This document shows, piece after piece, positions 1 to 14,573 of a stretch of DNA of 64,000 bases (positions within the stretch are counted from its first letter, which is position 1; each line of letters starts with the position of its first letter). Source of the DNA: Enoplolaimus lenunculus (Eukaryota). Under the pieces are notes generated by a model, which was not told the DNA's origin, did no database searches, and worked only from the letters and a program-made list of their open reading frames with translations. The position numbers and the translations under genes were made by a program. The stretch is taken from positions 248,001 to 312,000 of the forward strand of contig JASANG010003696.1 in assembly GCA_030248215.1 (NCBI GenBank). Reading direction: 5' to 3'.

Positions 1-2216
1 TATATATTTATATATATTATATTATATATGTAGATATAAGAATGTAAAATAACATATTTAAAATATTTAAATAAATGCTGCTTATACATAATGCTGACTC
101 CTATTTGAAATAGTTATAATATATATTATATATATAGATATATATATATATGTATATATATAGATATATATGTATGTATATATAGATATATATAATATTT
201 TACTCACTGGAGACTACAGCACAATTTTGCCACAAAGCGATAAACGAAATGTTCAACATCTAAATACAAATTACGAATAGCAGCTGTTTTTTGAAAACAA
301 ATTTTCTAACATAAAACATCAATTACATTTCATTTAAAGAACAAAGAAAACGTTTTACATCGAAAATTACCTGTATCCTGCATGTTATAGAGCACATATT
401 TGTTATAAATATTCAGTAATTATGACTTTCGTGATCCATTCCATTGTACTATTACCAAATTTTAGTTCAAAATTAGCTTATAAATTGCTACGAAATTAAT
501 TACCTACCGCTCAAAAATTAATATTGCACTTTTCAAAATAACAGTTTGATTCTAAACGAAATATGTTCACAATTGTAAAAAGTATTGTTTTAATATATAT
601 ATTTTTGTAAAACTTTTTAAACTGTAAACAGTAAACAGTGAAATTGGCATGCAAGTTTTCACCCATGCTCAGGCTTGACTGCAATTATAATCAAAGTCAA
701 ACAGATGACAACTAAAATCAAACGCGGTTTGTATTCCAGTAGTTATTTGGGATCCACTGTGGTGCTAAAATTGGAGTTTGAAACGTTCCAGTCGCTACAC
801 GGACAAACAGGTTATCAGAGCGCAACGCATAAAACCGGCAAACTAGCACTGAATGCATGCAATTAATGCATAATTAACCAAATTGCAAACGCGAACATTC
901 TCAAAATTTTTATCACGCAAAATAGTATTTCTGTAGTTCTTAAAGGTGAAAAATATGATTAGACAAGGTGCACTTGAAAAGTATATTGATATATTAAAGT
1001 TAGAACGCCCCACATACGTAATTTGGGCAGTGTTTCAGCGCAACAGTAAAAAATAAGTTTGACAGTACAGTATTTTAATTAACTATTACAAACGTATACG
1101 TTGGATCTTTATTTCAACATATCGTTCTAATCTAGAATTTGCGCATACAGGAAGTACGTTACACGGCATATCCTAACTTTTCCAAGTTCTGGATTGCGTT
1201 ACACTTGATTAATATATAACATTCATGTTCGAGATTCTGTTATTTTTTGAAAAATTGTCTTACAAAATATCCAAATAGTCTTTTCTGTTCTGTCGCTAAA
1301 AAACTTCTGACTAAATTCAGAAATACTTTTTTGTGTGTATAAACCACTCCCGTCCAGAATTTAAACATACACATAATTTTGTACCTTGTAAAATTTCCAA
1401 AAACTTACTCAACCCATAAGTACCGACCAAATTATTAATATTTAAATTTGATTCGTTTTGAAGATCACCGTCAAATTTTGAAATTTTGTGTTATTCAAAT
1501 CCATACACAATTTAATTTACTTAAGTGGCTCTAAACAGTCAAGACTCGTTGAAATCAGTCGTCCGAGTCTCTAATGCCCTTAAAGCTGGCGTATAAACGT
1601 TGATTGAAAAATGTGACAATTAATAATATATTTGTGTTGAAAATTAAGACTTTGACAACAGAATTATGCAATATTAATATTAAAGTCTCAATTTCAGGCC
1701 GATAAAGTCTTTATTCAATTTCGATTTCAAAAGCTGCACTTGGCAACGACGTTCCCACCGGGGGCATTGGGCGGCCGTGTCCCCACCTTTCAAATTTGGC
1801 TAGTGGCCGCTCAAACAGATTATGTCGAAAAGTAAACAATCTTGAATTGCAATTGTAGAGGGCTCCAACATTATTCGGCGCCCCCCCAAATACAATTTTC
1901 TGCGGACGCCAGAAACACTTGGTCAAAGGTGTAGCTAAGATTTCATTTCGGAAAGATCCTAATGAATTTTTTGAAACAGCTTATTGTGAACCCAGTTAAA
2001 AGTGCTTGTTTCTTGCCTCTATAGAAGTTTCGGGGACACTATAATATTCCTTAAACTAATTTACTTGTATACCCCCTGTGTTTGTGTTCACAATTACAGA
2101 CGTTTAATGTCCTGGATCAAGACAGCAGTGTACCACGGACGAATGTCAGATGAGATAATCTTGTTAATACAATTTTGAAATCGCATTCTTAAGTTTAATT
2201 TCGGTAGATATTTTAC

Positions 2217-2369
2217 GGCCAATGTCAAGAACAGTGGCGGAACAGTATTATAAGCTTATTCCTAAGCCTAAGCCTAAGCCTAAGCCAAGCGAAAAAATTT
2301 GTTTCAATCTTAAGCTTACTCTTTTCTAGTCCCAAGAAAAATGTTCCGTTCCTGATCTTTACATGGGCC
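2217..2369. mobile_element. Telomere-repeat MITE (GGCC TIR, Merlin-like)
   Basis: GGCCAATGT...ACATGGGCC termini, internal (GCCTAA)n. Flanks share ATATTTTAC. Confidence 0.8.
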
Positions 2370-4002
2370 AATATTTTACAAGTGATAGGATATGTCGCAA
2401 TCTGAATTTAAAAAACAGCAAACTTCAGAGCCGGCTGTCGAAGGTGGACCTCTCTGGATCCCATTGACCAGGGGTTCACTATGATGGCACTAAAATCTCA
2501 ATATTACAGTATGAGATATTTAAATTTTTGATCGTCTTATAGGCGTAGGACTTTCAATAAATTTATAAATTTTCCAGATGTTACTTTGAAACTTTTTCTA
2601 ATGAACGTTCGTGAGAATTTCGTACAGGATTTACGTCTTTGGATTACAAAATTTTCAAGTTTATCGTTACATTCTTGACTAATCGTCAGTTGGAAATACA
2701 TTTTCAAATAAGCTAAATTGCTAAAGTTACTAATTTCTAAATTAGCAAAGATGGGAGGCGGAGAAAATGAAAAAAAAACTAGCGCAGACGCCACGAGTCT
2801 ACAATTTTAATTAGACCAAGGTTAGCATTCCTGAACGGTTTATTTGTAATTTATAAAATATAGTCAGCGACTAAGGTATTTATACTCAACTTAAGCACGC
2901 TTTTAGAAGCGGCAAAATGGTTAAGCAAATACTTAGCACGTACTTAATAACGAAGTCGTACGTAAGTAAGCTTTCAGAAACCCAGCCGTTGCCTGTTATT
3001 CTGTGGTTTTTCTACCGGAAAAAAATGGGTTTCTCGCATTCTTGCTGTCCTTTTCTCTGCAAACCATGTCGACAATTGACCTATCCGTATTTGTCAAGTC
3101 AAAATTTGAACCAGGTTTAACTTCGCAGAAGAATGACGGGGCCTATCAAAGACGCAAACAATTAAAACACAAATTAGGCGAACGAAACAAGCTAAAATAG
3201 CGCTTCGACAAACGCAAAAATACTTATTTACTGAATAACGTTTTGTTATTCATTGCATACTTTTTCATTTAAAAAACGTTTTCAGTGACGCTATTAAAAA
3301 CACGCAAATCCGTTTAAAATAGCGTTTTATTTTTGACACAATTGTTGAATAAATATGCAAATATATATGCAAAAAGTAGCGACAAGCTGAAGCATCCCAA
3401 TCCCAAAAATTATGATCTCGACCCAGGATGCGCTAAAACAGAGCTTGTGATCGAGGCTTCGAGACCACCTTGAAAAATTTTAACTCAACGATGCATGAAC
3501 ACAAATGATAATTGAGGTAAAACGATTTGAGAGAGAGAATACTCTCAGCGGTTGTTGTGATATTTAGAGGCCATAAATTAGTCAAATATAATAGAATATA
3601 TAAATAAGCTAAGTAGAGCATAAATTTAGCAAAAAGTTAGTGTTTATTTTATGCCATGGGATGGTGCAATTTTACAGCGTATTGATTGCAAAAGTTTAAC
3701 GTCCTGGTAAATATTTTTCCGCTATTAAATATACTTTTGTCTTCTCATACTATTTGTTTCTATTTTAGAGCATTATTTTGTCTGTATTTCGCATTTATTT
3801 GTTTAAATTTTTCTTCATATCCGTTCCCCAGTATTAAAGTCAGATTGGGATAATATTGAACAAAAGACAGTTTTTTATAGTGGATATAGGTAAATGCTTG
3901 TATTATTGAAAATTTTTTTCCGTTATGCGTTAAACTGCAGCAAATTTCAACAAATCTCATATACATATATATTGTTACCATGCATAATTTTAGACAATTA
4001 AA

Positions 4003-4298
4003 GCTCTATTCACACGTTGCAGGTTTTTGCAGCGAAAACTTGCACGTGCAACCTGCACGCGCAAGTTTGGTCACAACGCAACTTTGTAGTTCTTGCAGCT
4101 GCAAATTACTCACTGGAATGTATGCTATTTAATTTAATTCGCACCTGTGAACGCAGTTTCAAGTCGCTTGAATTACTTGCGCATGCAGTTTGATTGGTCA
4201 ATAGGAATGTTCGTTTGAAAATACTTGTAGCTGCAAGCATTTCGTGCAAGTTGCAGCTGCGAGTTCTCGCTGCAAAAACTTGCACGTGTAAATAGGGC
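4003..4298. mobile_element. Palindromic MITE with TGCA modules
   Basis: GCTCTATTCACACG...CGTGTAAATAGGGC with long internal inverted symmetry. Confidence 0.7.
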
Positions 4299-5483
4299 AT
4301 AACTGAAAATTTTTCTGTTAAAACCAATTTTACTATCTACAACACTTGTGACGGTAATTTATATTTGTCAAACACAGCGGAGGAAATGCTTGCCAAAGCG
4401 TTGACGTTTGACCGTTAAAATCTATGTACGATTTAACGATATATCACAAAATATAGAATTTTAATATTTGAAAATTGAAAAATTAGAAAACTGAAAATGG
4501 TTCAAAAAAGCAGTAACAAATTCTCCAAATTCTCGAACAGACAGAGATGCGTAACTACGATTTTCAATTAACATGGACTTACGAAACCAGAAGTAACAGT
4601 TAAAGCTTGAGTTTAGAGAAAAAAACCCGTTTCTTGATTCGTAGACTGAGTAGGTTCTTTTAGAATACTCCTGACAGCACATGTGCTACACGCTTGCTAA
4701 CAGACTCGCTGCCGTAAAAATCACAATTAGCATACTTTCTGGCAGGTAATTGATTTCAACACTATTTCACTATTAGTCAATAATTGTAATCGTCACCCAA
4801 ATTGTTATTAATATTTTTATTTTTCCCCAATTATATATCACATCTTGTTTGGTTCAAAATTATATTTACTAGCTATGTCATTTTTTGGTATGACTTTTTT
4901 TAATAAATGATAATAGTATAGATGAGAATCGCGTATTCTCAACGAATATAATCATCATTAAACATGCATAAACGTTTGCATTTAACGTCACTCATTTAAT
5001 GCCTAATACTTCTTGCCTTTTTTTATACTCAGCCTTAATATAGTCGATGTACCAAAGACACGTGAATTGGCGAGGGTTAACTTTGAAAATCGATCTAAAT
5101 ATTAATTTTAAGCACCAAATCAGGCGTCAAAAATCAGGTAATTTACATAGCGACGGCCCTAGTTCAATATGTTTTCGCGTTAACACAGAGCTATGCGGGT
5201 TTCCTGCCAAAGGTACCCGGTATGCTTGTATGGACTCTATTTTGTTTTCGCTTTTAGCATCTGCCTTAGCGTTAGAAAATATTAATTTCGACAGAGACAA
5301 TACGACGGACATTTCGTACGTTTTAATAAGTGATTTTCAATTGTTAAACCTGTGTTTTTTGTGTTTGCTTTCACAAGCTTTTAGATTGGCGATATTGAGT
5401 GTATTAATAATAACTTTCCGATGCCAATAGATTGCACTAATTTAGGCTATATTTATTCTAGAATTGGATTGTTTGACAATTGT

Positions 5484-5632
5484 CGCCAATGTAAAGAACA
5501 GGCGCGGAACAGTATTATAAGCATATTCCTAAGCCTAAGCCTAAGCCTAGCGAAAAAATTAGTTTCAAGCTTAAGCTTACTCTATTCTATTCCCACAGAA
5601 AAACGTTCCGCCCCTGATCTTTTACATAGGCT
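5484..5632. mobile_element. Telomere-repeat MITE copy
   Basis: Colinear with 2217-2369, with a GCCTAA array. TSD not evident. Confidence 0.75.
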
Positions 5633-6804
5633 AGAGCCTTTATTTATGAATACCTAAGACTTGGTATTTAATTTTTTGATTAATTGACAACTTGAAGTTT
5701 AATTATTTTCCGTGCATAAACCACACCCGAGTAAATTTTGGTTAAAGAATTCACTTTACTTGACCCACAAATACACCATAAATTGTAGGCAAAATGTTTT
5801 TAAATTATTTCAAAGCTCAAAACTACAGGTGCATTATTGTAATATTTTAACGTTGAATCCGACGCGTTTAACTCAATCAAACCATGTTGTATGCATTGTC
5901 TCACGGGAGACATCAAAATGTTAGGGCTGGGCATTTGACTGCGCGTGCACAACACACAGCATAAACGAGTAAATTAATTGCCGTTAACATCAGTTTAAAA
6001 CGTTCAAACAGGTTAGCATTGAAAATTTATGGGTTAGGCTGCCCAAGCTTAATTTGCTTAAAAACGGTGAGGCTTATTCGAGGGCGTAAGCCCAAATCGC
6101 GAGAAGAAAGTGTTATCGGTATTTGCTATCGACCGAACGGTACTATTTGATCTTTGGAATCCAACGAAATATACCAAATCTTGTAACAGTGCTTGTTTTC
6201 AAGAAATTTCGCGAGGATAAATCCTTTATCTTATTACCTCGTAAACGTCCTTGCTGGACCATAGATCATGTGACAGCTAAGCGTCCGTGTATAAGGTCAA
6301 AAATTGCCATATGCCCAAACGCAAGTATAAACCGTCCTGTGTATCCCCAGCAAACATATAAATACCTGAGCAACTCAGAGTCTAATTTAAAGGGCGGAGG
6401 GTAAATTAGACTAAGTAACGGAGATGGTTTTATGCGCTATTAAAATGATTTCGAGCTATCGAGTTAGTTTAAACGCGTAAACACGCGATCATTACTTGGT
6501 GTATATATGTGTATATATGTGTATATATTGAAAATGCCAGATTGAACCAATTAATTTTAAGGCAAAGCGAACATGCCCGCTTGATGCTTCTTACAGGTAT
6601 TTAGGCTTTTAAATGTCCACAATATTGAAAATGTATATTTAGATTGCAATATTTAGAATGATAATTTTAGTCAAACGAATACATATACGGCGTTATTGCA
6701 AGAGTAGGGACCTGATCGCGATGAATGTGGCTGGTTCAGAAATTTTGATACTGGGTAGTTTAGGTTTAGGCTCGGGGTTGAGGTTATGTTTACGTTTAGG
6801 CTTA

Positions 6805-7009
6805 CACTGTATAAAATGGGGAGTTAAATTGACTCTCTCGGAAATAGGCTTTTCCTGACTACACAAAATGAGTCAAATTTGACTCCGCCACAGTCAAATT
6901 GGACTCACTGGAATTTGACTCTGACGGAGTCAAATTTGACTCAGTTTGTGTAGTCAGGAAAAGCTTATTTCCGAGCGAGAGTCAATTTGACTCCCCATTT
7001 TTTACTGTG
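6805..7009. mobile_element. Palindromic CACTG MITE, family A (CMC/EnSpm-like or TA-specific)
   Basis: Near-complete inverted repeat of GAGTCAAATTTGACTC modules with TA on both flanks. Homologues at 56932-57150, about 62878-63032 and about 63483-63565. Confidence 0.85.
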
Positions 7010-7785
7010 TAGGGTTAATTGGTTAGGCTTAGGTTAGGGTTGGGTTTAGGCTTAGGACTTGAGTTATACTTAGTAGGCAGTATGGGCCCATGTATGTATA
7101 TACGAATTTCTGGACCGTAGCTTGATGACTATATAAGTCCGTTCGATAAATTGTATCAGAATGGTTCATAATCGTTAATGAATACTAATAGCTGGAATCC
7201 CTACAAATGTGAAATCCTCGGTACCCGCCTCCTCTTAACATGCTTATACCGTCATAATTAAAAAAACGCCGACCTGAATATCCGTTACCGTTTCCGGCAA
7301 AAACCAGTTTCCGTTTCCGTTATTTTTACTATCCGTTTACACCTTGACCTCGGTATTGAACTACTTGCCCACCTACGGTCACCCGTGCTGCACAAATATC
7401 GACAACACTTAATTGTGTAAAATTTATTTGTCGAATAAAATTAAATTTAACCTCAAAATCGTATTTTCAGCAAAATTTTTCGTTCAAAATTTTTTAAATT
7501 TCACATTTTGTTCAATAAGTTCGCCACAAAATAGCCGGTCCACATCGATTTAAAAGTCGCTTTTATGAACAACGCACATCTAGTGGCGAATTGAGTATAA
7601 TTTTAGCCTGGGCAACTTGCAAATGTAAAAGTTATTATTTCAATTTATTTATGTTTATAAAATTGTTTGTATTTGGTTTCTGAAAGTTGATAATTTGAAA
7701 ATTTTCACGTTGAAGACAAAGTATCGTTTCCGTTATTGATCTGCATACCTAGGAAGTGCTGAATATAAGCGTTACTGCTGTTCTT

Positions 7786-7990
7786 ATAATTATTATTATT
7801 ATTATTACTATTATTATTGTTATTATTACTATTATTATTATTATTTTTGTATTATTATTATTGTATTATTATTATTATTTGTGGTGGTGGTGGTGGTTGT
7901 TGTTGCTTGTGTTGTTATTATTTTTGTTTTTGTTGTTATTATTATTATTATTATTATTCTATTATTGTTGTTGTTGTTGTTGTTATAATA
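7786..7990. repeat. Compound trinucleotide microsatellite (TTA/TTG/TGG)
   Basis: Direct reading of the sequence. Confidence 0.95.
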
Positions 7991-8744
7991 AAATTCAAAT
8001 AATATTCTCTTTTCGTCGAAAATCCACATATTTCAATTATGGTCGAGAACAAAAGAGGATTTTAAAATTTTTCTTTTTTCAAAAAATTTTAACTAAAAAT
8101 TTATGTATTCAATCAAATTCGATGAGCGAAGAATCATTTTTATAAACGTGGTAAACGATACAATTTAAAATGTGACCAATGAATTGATGATGTAGCGTCA
8201 ACTCTGGAATATCCGCGATTTTTAGTCCAGGGGGGCAAATATTTGTTATGGGACAAGGATAATTTTACTTAGAACACTTTTAATGCGGTTGAAAATTTTT
8301 AGGCTGGAAGAGCGAAGCTGTCCGTCGCTAGGGGGACAACGCCACCCTGTGTACCGTTGTATTTGCGCACCTCAGGGGCGGGATTGGCATCAGAATTTAA
8401 AATGTGCTATTATTTACTGTTTAGTGATTGAAAAAAAACTGACTCGCGGACGCACGTCGTACTCTAATATTCGCAGTGCGTTGAGTAATGAGTTCAGGGG
8501 CGGTGTCTCATTGTACGTTGAATTTTAACAGTTGAAATTCCGTTTTGGTTTTCAATTTAATTTCGCTTGGGGATTTCATTAGTTTTTTGAAATTTTTTGC
8601 GTGTTTATTGATAATCACTTTTTACTTGTGTTTTAAGGAGTTGACATTGGAGTCCCAAACTTGCTGAATATAATTAAAACAGAACGTCTACATTGTACAA
8701 TACTTGATATTTACGAAAATCTGCAGCGAATTTTGCACCAATTA

Positions 8745-8902
8745 AAGAGTCAGTTTAAACTTTAGACTAACATTTTTGCTTAGGCTTAAGCTTAGGCTTA
8801 GGCTTAGTAATAGGCTCATCCTTACACTTGGGTTTAAGACTTAGGCTCAGGATTAGGAATATGATTAGACTACTGTTCCGGCACCGTTCTGTACATAGAG
8901 CC
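8745..8902. mobile_element. Telomere-repeat MITE copy, truncated
   Basis: Shared internal motifs agagtcagttt..tagacta and tactgttccggc, plus TTAGGC arrays. Confidence 0.65.
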
Positions 8903-10714
8903 ACGTTCAGTATAATTGTAGAAAAAACCAGTCCATTTACCTGCTTTTCGCTAATTGTTCACAATTAAAGAAAAAATTTCAAAGTAGCAGCGATATTCCG
9001 AGAAAATAATAACAATAATAATAATAACATCATATTAGTTAATCTACTACTGTTTAGAAGAAGTTTGTAGGTTTATATTATATAAACATTACACAAATTA
9101 TAAATGCTTAATTGTACATATTTAGTATAATGCTTGAAACTGGCCATATTAGCCGGCAGGTACTGGCAATTCCTTTGAAAACATTGACGAAAATTAGGCG
9201 TTTTATTTATATTAATGTTAAATATATTTAAAACACAAAATTTTTTCACTTAAAATATTCTAACTCTTAGAAAACAAATATGTAAGCAAAAATTGTTTCG
9301 AATTCTTGCACCATTTGTAACCCCTGATATTTTAGTCGTGGTAATCTCTTAAAGGCTGTTTGTGTGCGCGTTTTCCTGTGTTCACAGGCTATTTGTACCG
9401 CTTTTATTCCAACTGTCTTATATGAGACTTAATACTAAATTAGATACAAAATTTATAGGCGTTCTTTTATCGATCGAGGTTCACATTAACGACCACAGTA
9501 TACGGCGGGTGTAGGCAAACATTTATTACTTGACTTATTCGGTAAATAGCGCAATTAGAAATTAACACCACCGGTACCAGGGTTATAAGCCTAATTATAC
9601 TAATCGGGCTTACATACGATAAATGGAACGTTTTTTGCTACTTGCGGTCTAAAGTGCTTTTACCAAGTAAAGGTGTCGTTTGAACCGGTGTACAGCACCT
9701 ATTGGTCCATATTTTGGACTGTCTTGAATGGACCATATTTGACTTAAAATCCGTCAGACGCTGGCCGTGGCACCAAGCGATTCGGGGGGCGGGGCGGCCG
9801 TCGTCTCTGTTTTTACAGTAAGAAAATATTTCATGCCAATCAAAATATATTTTGTGAAAAACATGGCAATGTTATTATCTTACAAATTACTAAAATTGCA
9901 TATGGCTTTTCGCTCATTTTTCTCACGAGGTTTTCTTTTCGAACCTGAAACTTCTCCCTCGATGATGTCTCCGTCCCCCCGTTTTTAAATTAGCTGCTGC
10001 TGCCCCCCTCTTGGAAGTTGGATGACCTTTTGTAAAAAAATATACAAAGCAGAGAATTAGCGATGATACCGTCAAACATAACACCCGTGTTTAAATTGGT
10101 GTTTTTTTTTGATAAAATTTAAGTTTAAAACGTCAAAATTGACGTTGGAATATTACCAGGGATATTGCGATTTTGGAAAATTGTGATATTATGTGGGATG
10201 CCGCAAATTTGGGAACAAACCTTTTTTAATTTGTGATATATATTAATATAAATTTCAGCTGTTATATTTTGATTTCTGTTCTCTTAGAAGTATACAACTA
10301 AAATTTTCGCTCGAAAGCGGTGCACCAAACACAACGAACGGTTTAACGAGCCAGCATAGCGAACTATTACAAAAATTTTGGGCTTAATTGAAATTAGTAA
10401 TTTAGCTTGTAAAATACCTACTTAATTTTCTCATATTTTTGTCAATTGCAAGAAGTATTTATCCCCTGTATATATTTATAAAGGTTCGCTATTATAAATT
10501 AGACGGATATGGTAAACGGACACAAATTTAAAATTTAATTTCCAACTGCCTCTGTTTTTGAAAATAGAAATGGAAAATTGACGTATATATATGCCGTCGT
10601 ATACCACTGTTTCCTCTACAAATAAATACAATTGACACATAAGTGTCGCACAATTTGGGGCAAAGTAATTCCAAGGCACAGAAACAGTTTGCCTGTGATA
10701 ATGTTTGACTTCTA

Positions 10715-11119
10715 GGAGCCGTATTCTCAAATGTGTGTAGCATTTTTCACCAATTAGTAATATTCAATGAAACAGGCGAACTATGCATACTCTGATTCTT
10801 AAAATTTCAACGCAATCACGACAACCGCGCCCGTAACCAAGGGGGAGCCTAGGGGGAAGGGCTGAGTCCCTCATGTAAAAATTTTGCCCCACCCTAGAAA
10901 ATTTTCAACTTTGCTTGCAAGCGATTAAAAACCCTTCAATGCCCCTCCTGAAAAATGTTTAGCCCCAACAGTAAGGTGAGCTGGCTACGAGCCTGAGGGC
11001 AACACAAAGAACAAATAATGTGCAGCGTTTTTACGTTGAACATTTCGCGATTCAATAGTTACAAGACCTATCACCAACTGGTAATTCGTAGGTGCTACAC
11101 ACATTTGAGAATACGGCCC
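10715..11119. mobile_element. GGCCGTATTCTCAAATGTGTGTAGCA-TIR MITE (PIF/Harbinger-like) with a nested hAT-like insert (~10826-10994)
   Basis: TIR pair GCCGTATTCTCAAATGTGTGTAGCA. Other copies at about 29130-29355, 50043-50306, 52786-52986, 56900-57347 and 62335-62550. Confidence 0.78.
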
Positions 11120-12289
11120 TAAGACTGAGTGGAATTAAACTGAGACAAACGGTTTGTTACCTATCGGTATATAAGCGCTTTCACGAACACGCATAAAAGT
11201 TCAGAACTACACAAAATGCTGGCTAATGAAGCATATGTTCTGTTTAACAACACTTTATATCAAAGTGATCAATTATATTAATTATGAAAATTATTTCCAT
11301 GACTAAGTGAAGCAATTACCTGTAGCAATTACCTTGAGAAAAGGAGGGTAGTTTGAACGAAACCCGCAGTTGACAGACGGGGATGAATCGCTTAAACCTG
11401 TCAGTTTGCGTCCAAGCTTTGATACTATTTTGGACCGGTTAAAGTAAATATTTTTGAATCAAGCCACAAAACGTAAGAGGTTAGCATACTAAAATAGCAC
11501 CTGCTTATCACTTGACAACCGTTTAGTTTCTACATCTTATGAACCGGCCGTATCCAGCTCACCTTGCTAGGGAGTGGGACAAAAAATTTTTCAGCAAGGG
11601 CATACAGCGGTATTCGTTGACTTACAAGCAAGGTTGAAATTTACTAGGCGGTGTTTCTAGTTGATCGCCGGCGAATTTGCAATAATTGCAATTTTGCAAT
11701 TCCGAAGTGCGAAATTTGTACAATTTTGCGTAAAAAAACTTGATTAAATCATACTTTCTTCCTCTACATTTTTAAACTGTTGTCTTGTGTGCGCCAAATT
11801 CGTCCACGAACTTTGCCATTGGATTGCGGGTCCATGCAAGCGAAGCGAAAAACGTTCCTACGGGGTTGACCAAATAATTTTTTCTACAAAGGGCTAATTA
11901 TTCCTGACTTTACTGGCGTCTTCGAATTCAAACGGCCGTAAACTCTACATTAGGTACACCTTATCGAATTGAAAAAATGAACGTTTGATCAAATACGCCA
12001 AAGCTACGTCGTTTGAACGATATTTTGAGCTGGTAACGCAGTTTCAAATATTTCAACTATGTCTAAGCGGCAATAACAAATATATTTCAGTTCACAATTG
12101 GATTTAAGCATTTGCTATAATTCATAGAATTTAAACTGCGATAAACTGAACCTATATATACATATCACTCTGTGTTTTTCAGCCAAATAAAATATTTCGG
12201 AAGCTTTAACTTTTGTGCATTCCTCTAAATTGTTCAGGTTGAATGGTAAATTTGGGATATATATTTTAGCTGTTTGTTTTTGTTAACAA

Positions 12290-12527
12290 CACTGTAAATT
12301 GCAGCGAGTTGATTTGAGCTCAGAATCGATTGAATCACTCAGTCTGAATCAGTATGCACTATTACAGTTCCAGAATTCTGAGGTCATAAAAGTTTTTCTG
12401 AGTTAATTATTAACTCACCCTGAGTCAACTCAACTCAGACTGAGCTAATGTTAACTGTTATTAATCTAGAAATTATATAACTCACTCCTAGATGAGTTAA
12501 TTAATCAACTCATTGGAATTTGCAGTG
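12290..12527. mobile_element. CACTG MITE, family B (CMC/EnSpm-like, 2-bp TSD)
   Basis: CACTGTAAATT...AATTTGCAGTG flanked by AA/AA, with TGAGTT/AACTCA modules. Confidence 0.8.
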
Positions 12528-12736
12528 AATAATGTCATGCTAACGCGTAGGGTTGGTCGGCGGTTAATGTGACGCCCATATCCTACATTTTCAGTAGAAT
12601 CAATGCAGATAGCTTGAGCTGTTAAAAGCCTAATCTTAAGCCTAAAAGTACTACAAGAATATACATAACAACATTGTATAGTGTTGTGGACTCAATATGC
12701 CATCGTCTCCACCATGTATAATTTATCCATTATATT

Positions 12737-12900
12737 AAAGCTGGAAAGCCCCATATACGTATTTTGTGCAACGCTCCATCGTTACTTCGTTTACGATATT
12801 TTCTTAGAACAGAAACGTGATTGTTCTGCGAAATAAAACTTAGAACAGAAACGTGATTGTTCTGTGAAAAGAAACTTTGCATACAGATTGTTGCTTGTTC
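12737..12900. mobile_element. TTAA|AG-terminated element end (Kolobok-like), with 37-bp internal duplication
   Basis: TTAAAGCTGGAAAGCCCCATATACGTATTTTG. Related ends at about 994-1040 and, inverted, at about 42660-42775. Confidence 0.45.
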
Positions 12901-14408
12901 GCCAACTTTTGCGCATTGTGAAAAACCGACTAAGGCTGGCTAGTATATATACACGTTTGACTGTGACAAATATGTTTATGTTTAAATTCGTTAAGAAAAA
13001 ATTTTGCTTGATAAGTTTGAATAACGCAATTACAGTGTGACTACTCTTGCGACCATTTTATTTAACACTGAAAGCTTTTGTTGATTTTGAAAAATTGCAA
13101 TAATTTAAATTTCAAACCCATGCCAGTCGCTGTGACAAACGAAAATTCGGCAAAATAGTTTGGCGATTTTGATATTTTGATTTTGAACTCACGTTTAAAT
13201 ATAGAAAAATTGTCACAGTTTAGAAGGATTGTACGTGTTTGCGCTGGTAGACTGTTTATTGATAAAAACGAGTTGAAGCTTTGATAAAAGCGCCAAATAG
13301 GAAATTCTGCGAATACAACGTTTATTATTCAAATGCTGCGTGTTTAGCGGCTTTTTTGAAATGTTAGTCGGGGCGTTGCGATAATAGCACAAAAAACTTA
13401 CAAGTGAAGCGAGCGAGAAGCGATCAGCAATTTTTGAAATTAAATTTTAATACAAAATTTTGTGCGTTTTGATACCTTTTGAGTCTGGTTTTCCATTGAA
13501 TTCAACATTGTGTGCAGTTCAACCTTGGTACAGTACTCGACGCGAGTCAAGTTTTGCCAAATATTTGTTTCAGTTAGCGTATAAGTCTAAAATTTACTGC
13601 TCTCAATGTCTGGAATATAGTTAAAATCGTACCTGTAGCAATATATAAAGCCTTTAAAATACTTTCATTTTATTATATATTTGTATTTTATATATTAAAT
13701 ATTTTTCTGACGTATATTTTTATATGTTGAAATAGCGTTAGAGAGGACAAATAACATTAACAGGAAGCCGGATATTTTGAAAATGCGGAATTAAAATTTG
13801 AATATTTTCAACTTTTAATAAATTGAGGAAATTGACACAAATTTGAGTACTTTTCGGGTTTATTTTGATTGCGGTCGGTTCTGCAATTGTGGTTCAGTGT
13901 CGCGGAGTGCGCATGTTTGACTAAACGACATCTAAGATTTGTGTAGTTTTTGTTGCAAAAATTAAAATCAAAATTTTTTTCTGCGTTTCCGATTTTGAAA
14001 CATTTATTATTCAATGGTTGTTTTCTGTTTTCGTTATTTTGATCCCTGTTTCTGTTTCCGCACTATCCGCTTTGCACACTGATGTTACCATTTATTTTTT
14101 CGTATCAACCACCATCAAAAGATCAAATTGTGCTTTGCGGAGTACATCTTGTATACAGTTACAATGTAAAAAGCGTTACATTATTAACTTTACCAAAATT
14201 CACAATTTTAGGTTAACTATTTTATAGTTCAAGTATTTATTTGAAAAATTACTAAATCTAACCAAAAAAATATTCAGAAATGTAGTTTGTAACCTGTAAA
14301 TATTTCTCCATTTTAGGAATAGAAAGATTGTAGTACCAAACTGGCTGTATTTATACTTTAGACTTCGTGTAAAATAGTTACCTCTATTGTTGCTTACCCC
14401 CAACAAAA

Positions 14409-14573
14409 CAAGCCCGTAGCTATGATGGGCTGGAGGGGGGGGCTTAGCCCCCTGAAAAAATTTTGAGCCCGTATGAATTTTTAGCATTGCTGGTAAGTCA
14501 TAGTTAAAACCCATGTATGCCCTTCTGAAAATTTTTTAACAGCCCCGCTTAACGGGAACTGGCTACAGGCCTG
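14409..14573. mobile_element. hAT-like MITE (CA(A/G)G..CGTAGC TIR, 8-bp TSD)
   Basis: Flanks CAACAAAA/CAACGAAA. Relatives at about 10826, 11545, 39311-39463, 61350-61522 and 62142. Confidence 0.72.

Noticed and set aside
7756..8145. ORFs with poly-I/L/Y/C or poly-N/T runs
   Set aside because: Translations of a trinucleotide microsatellite with no domain signal.
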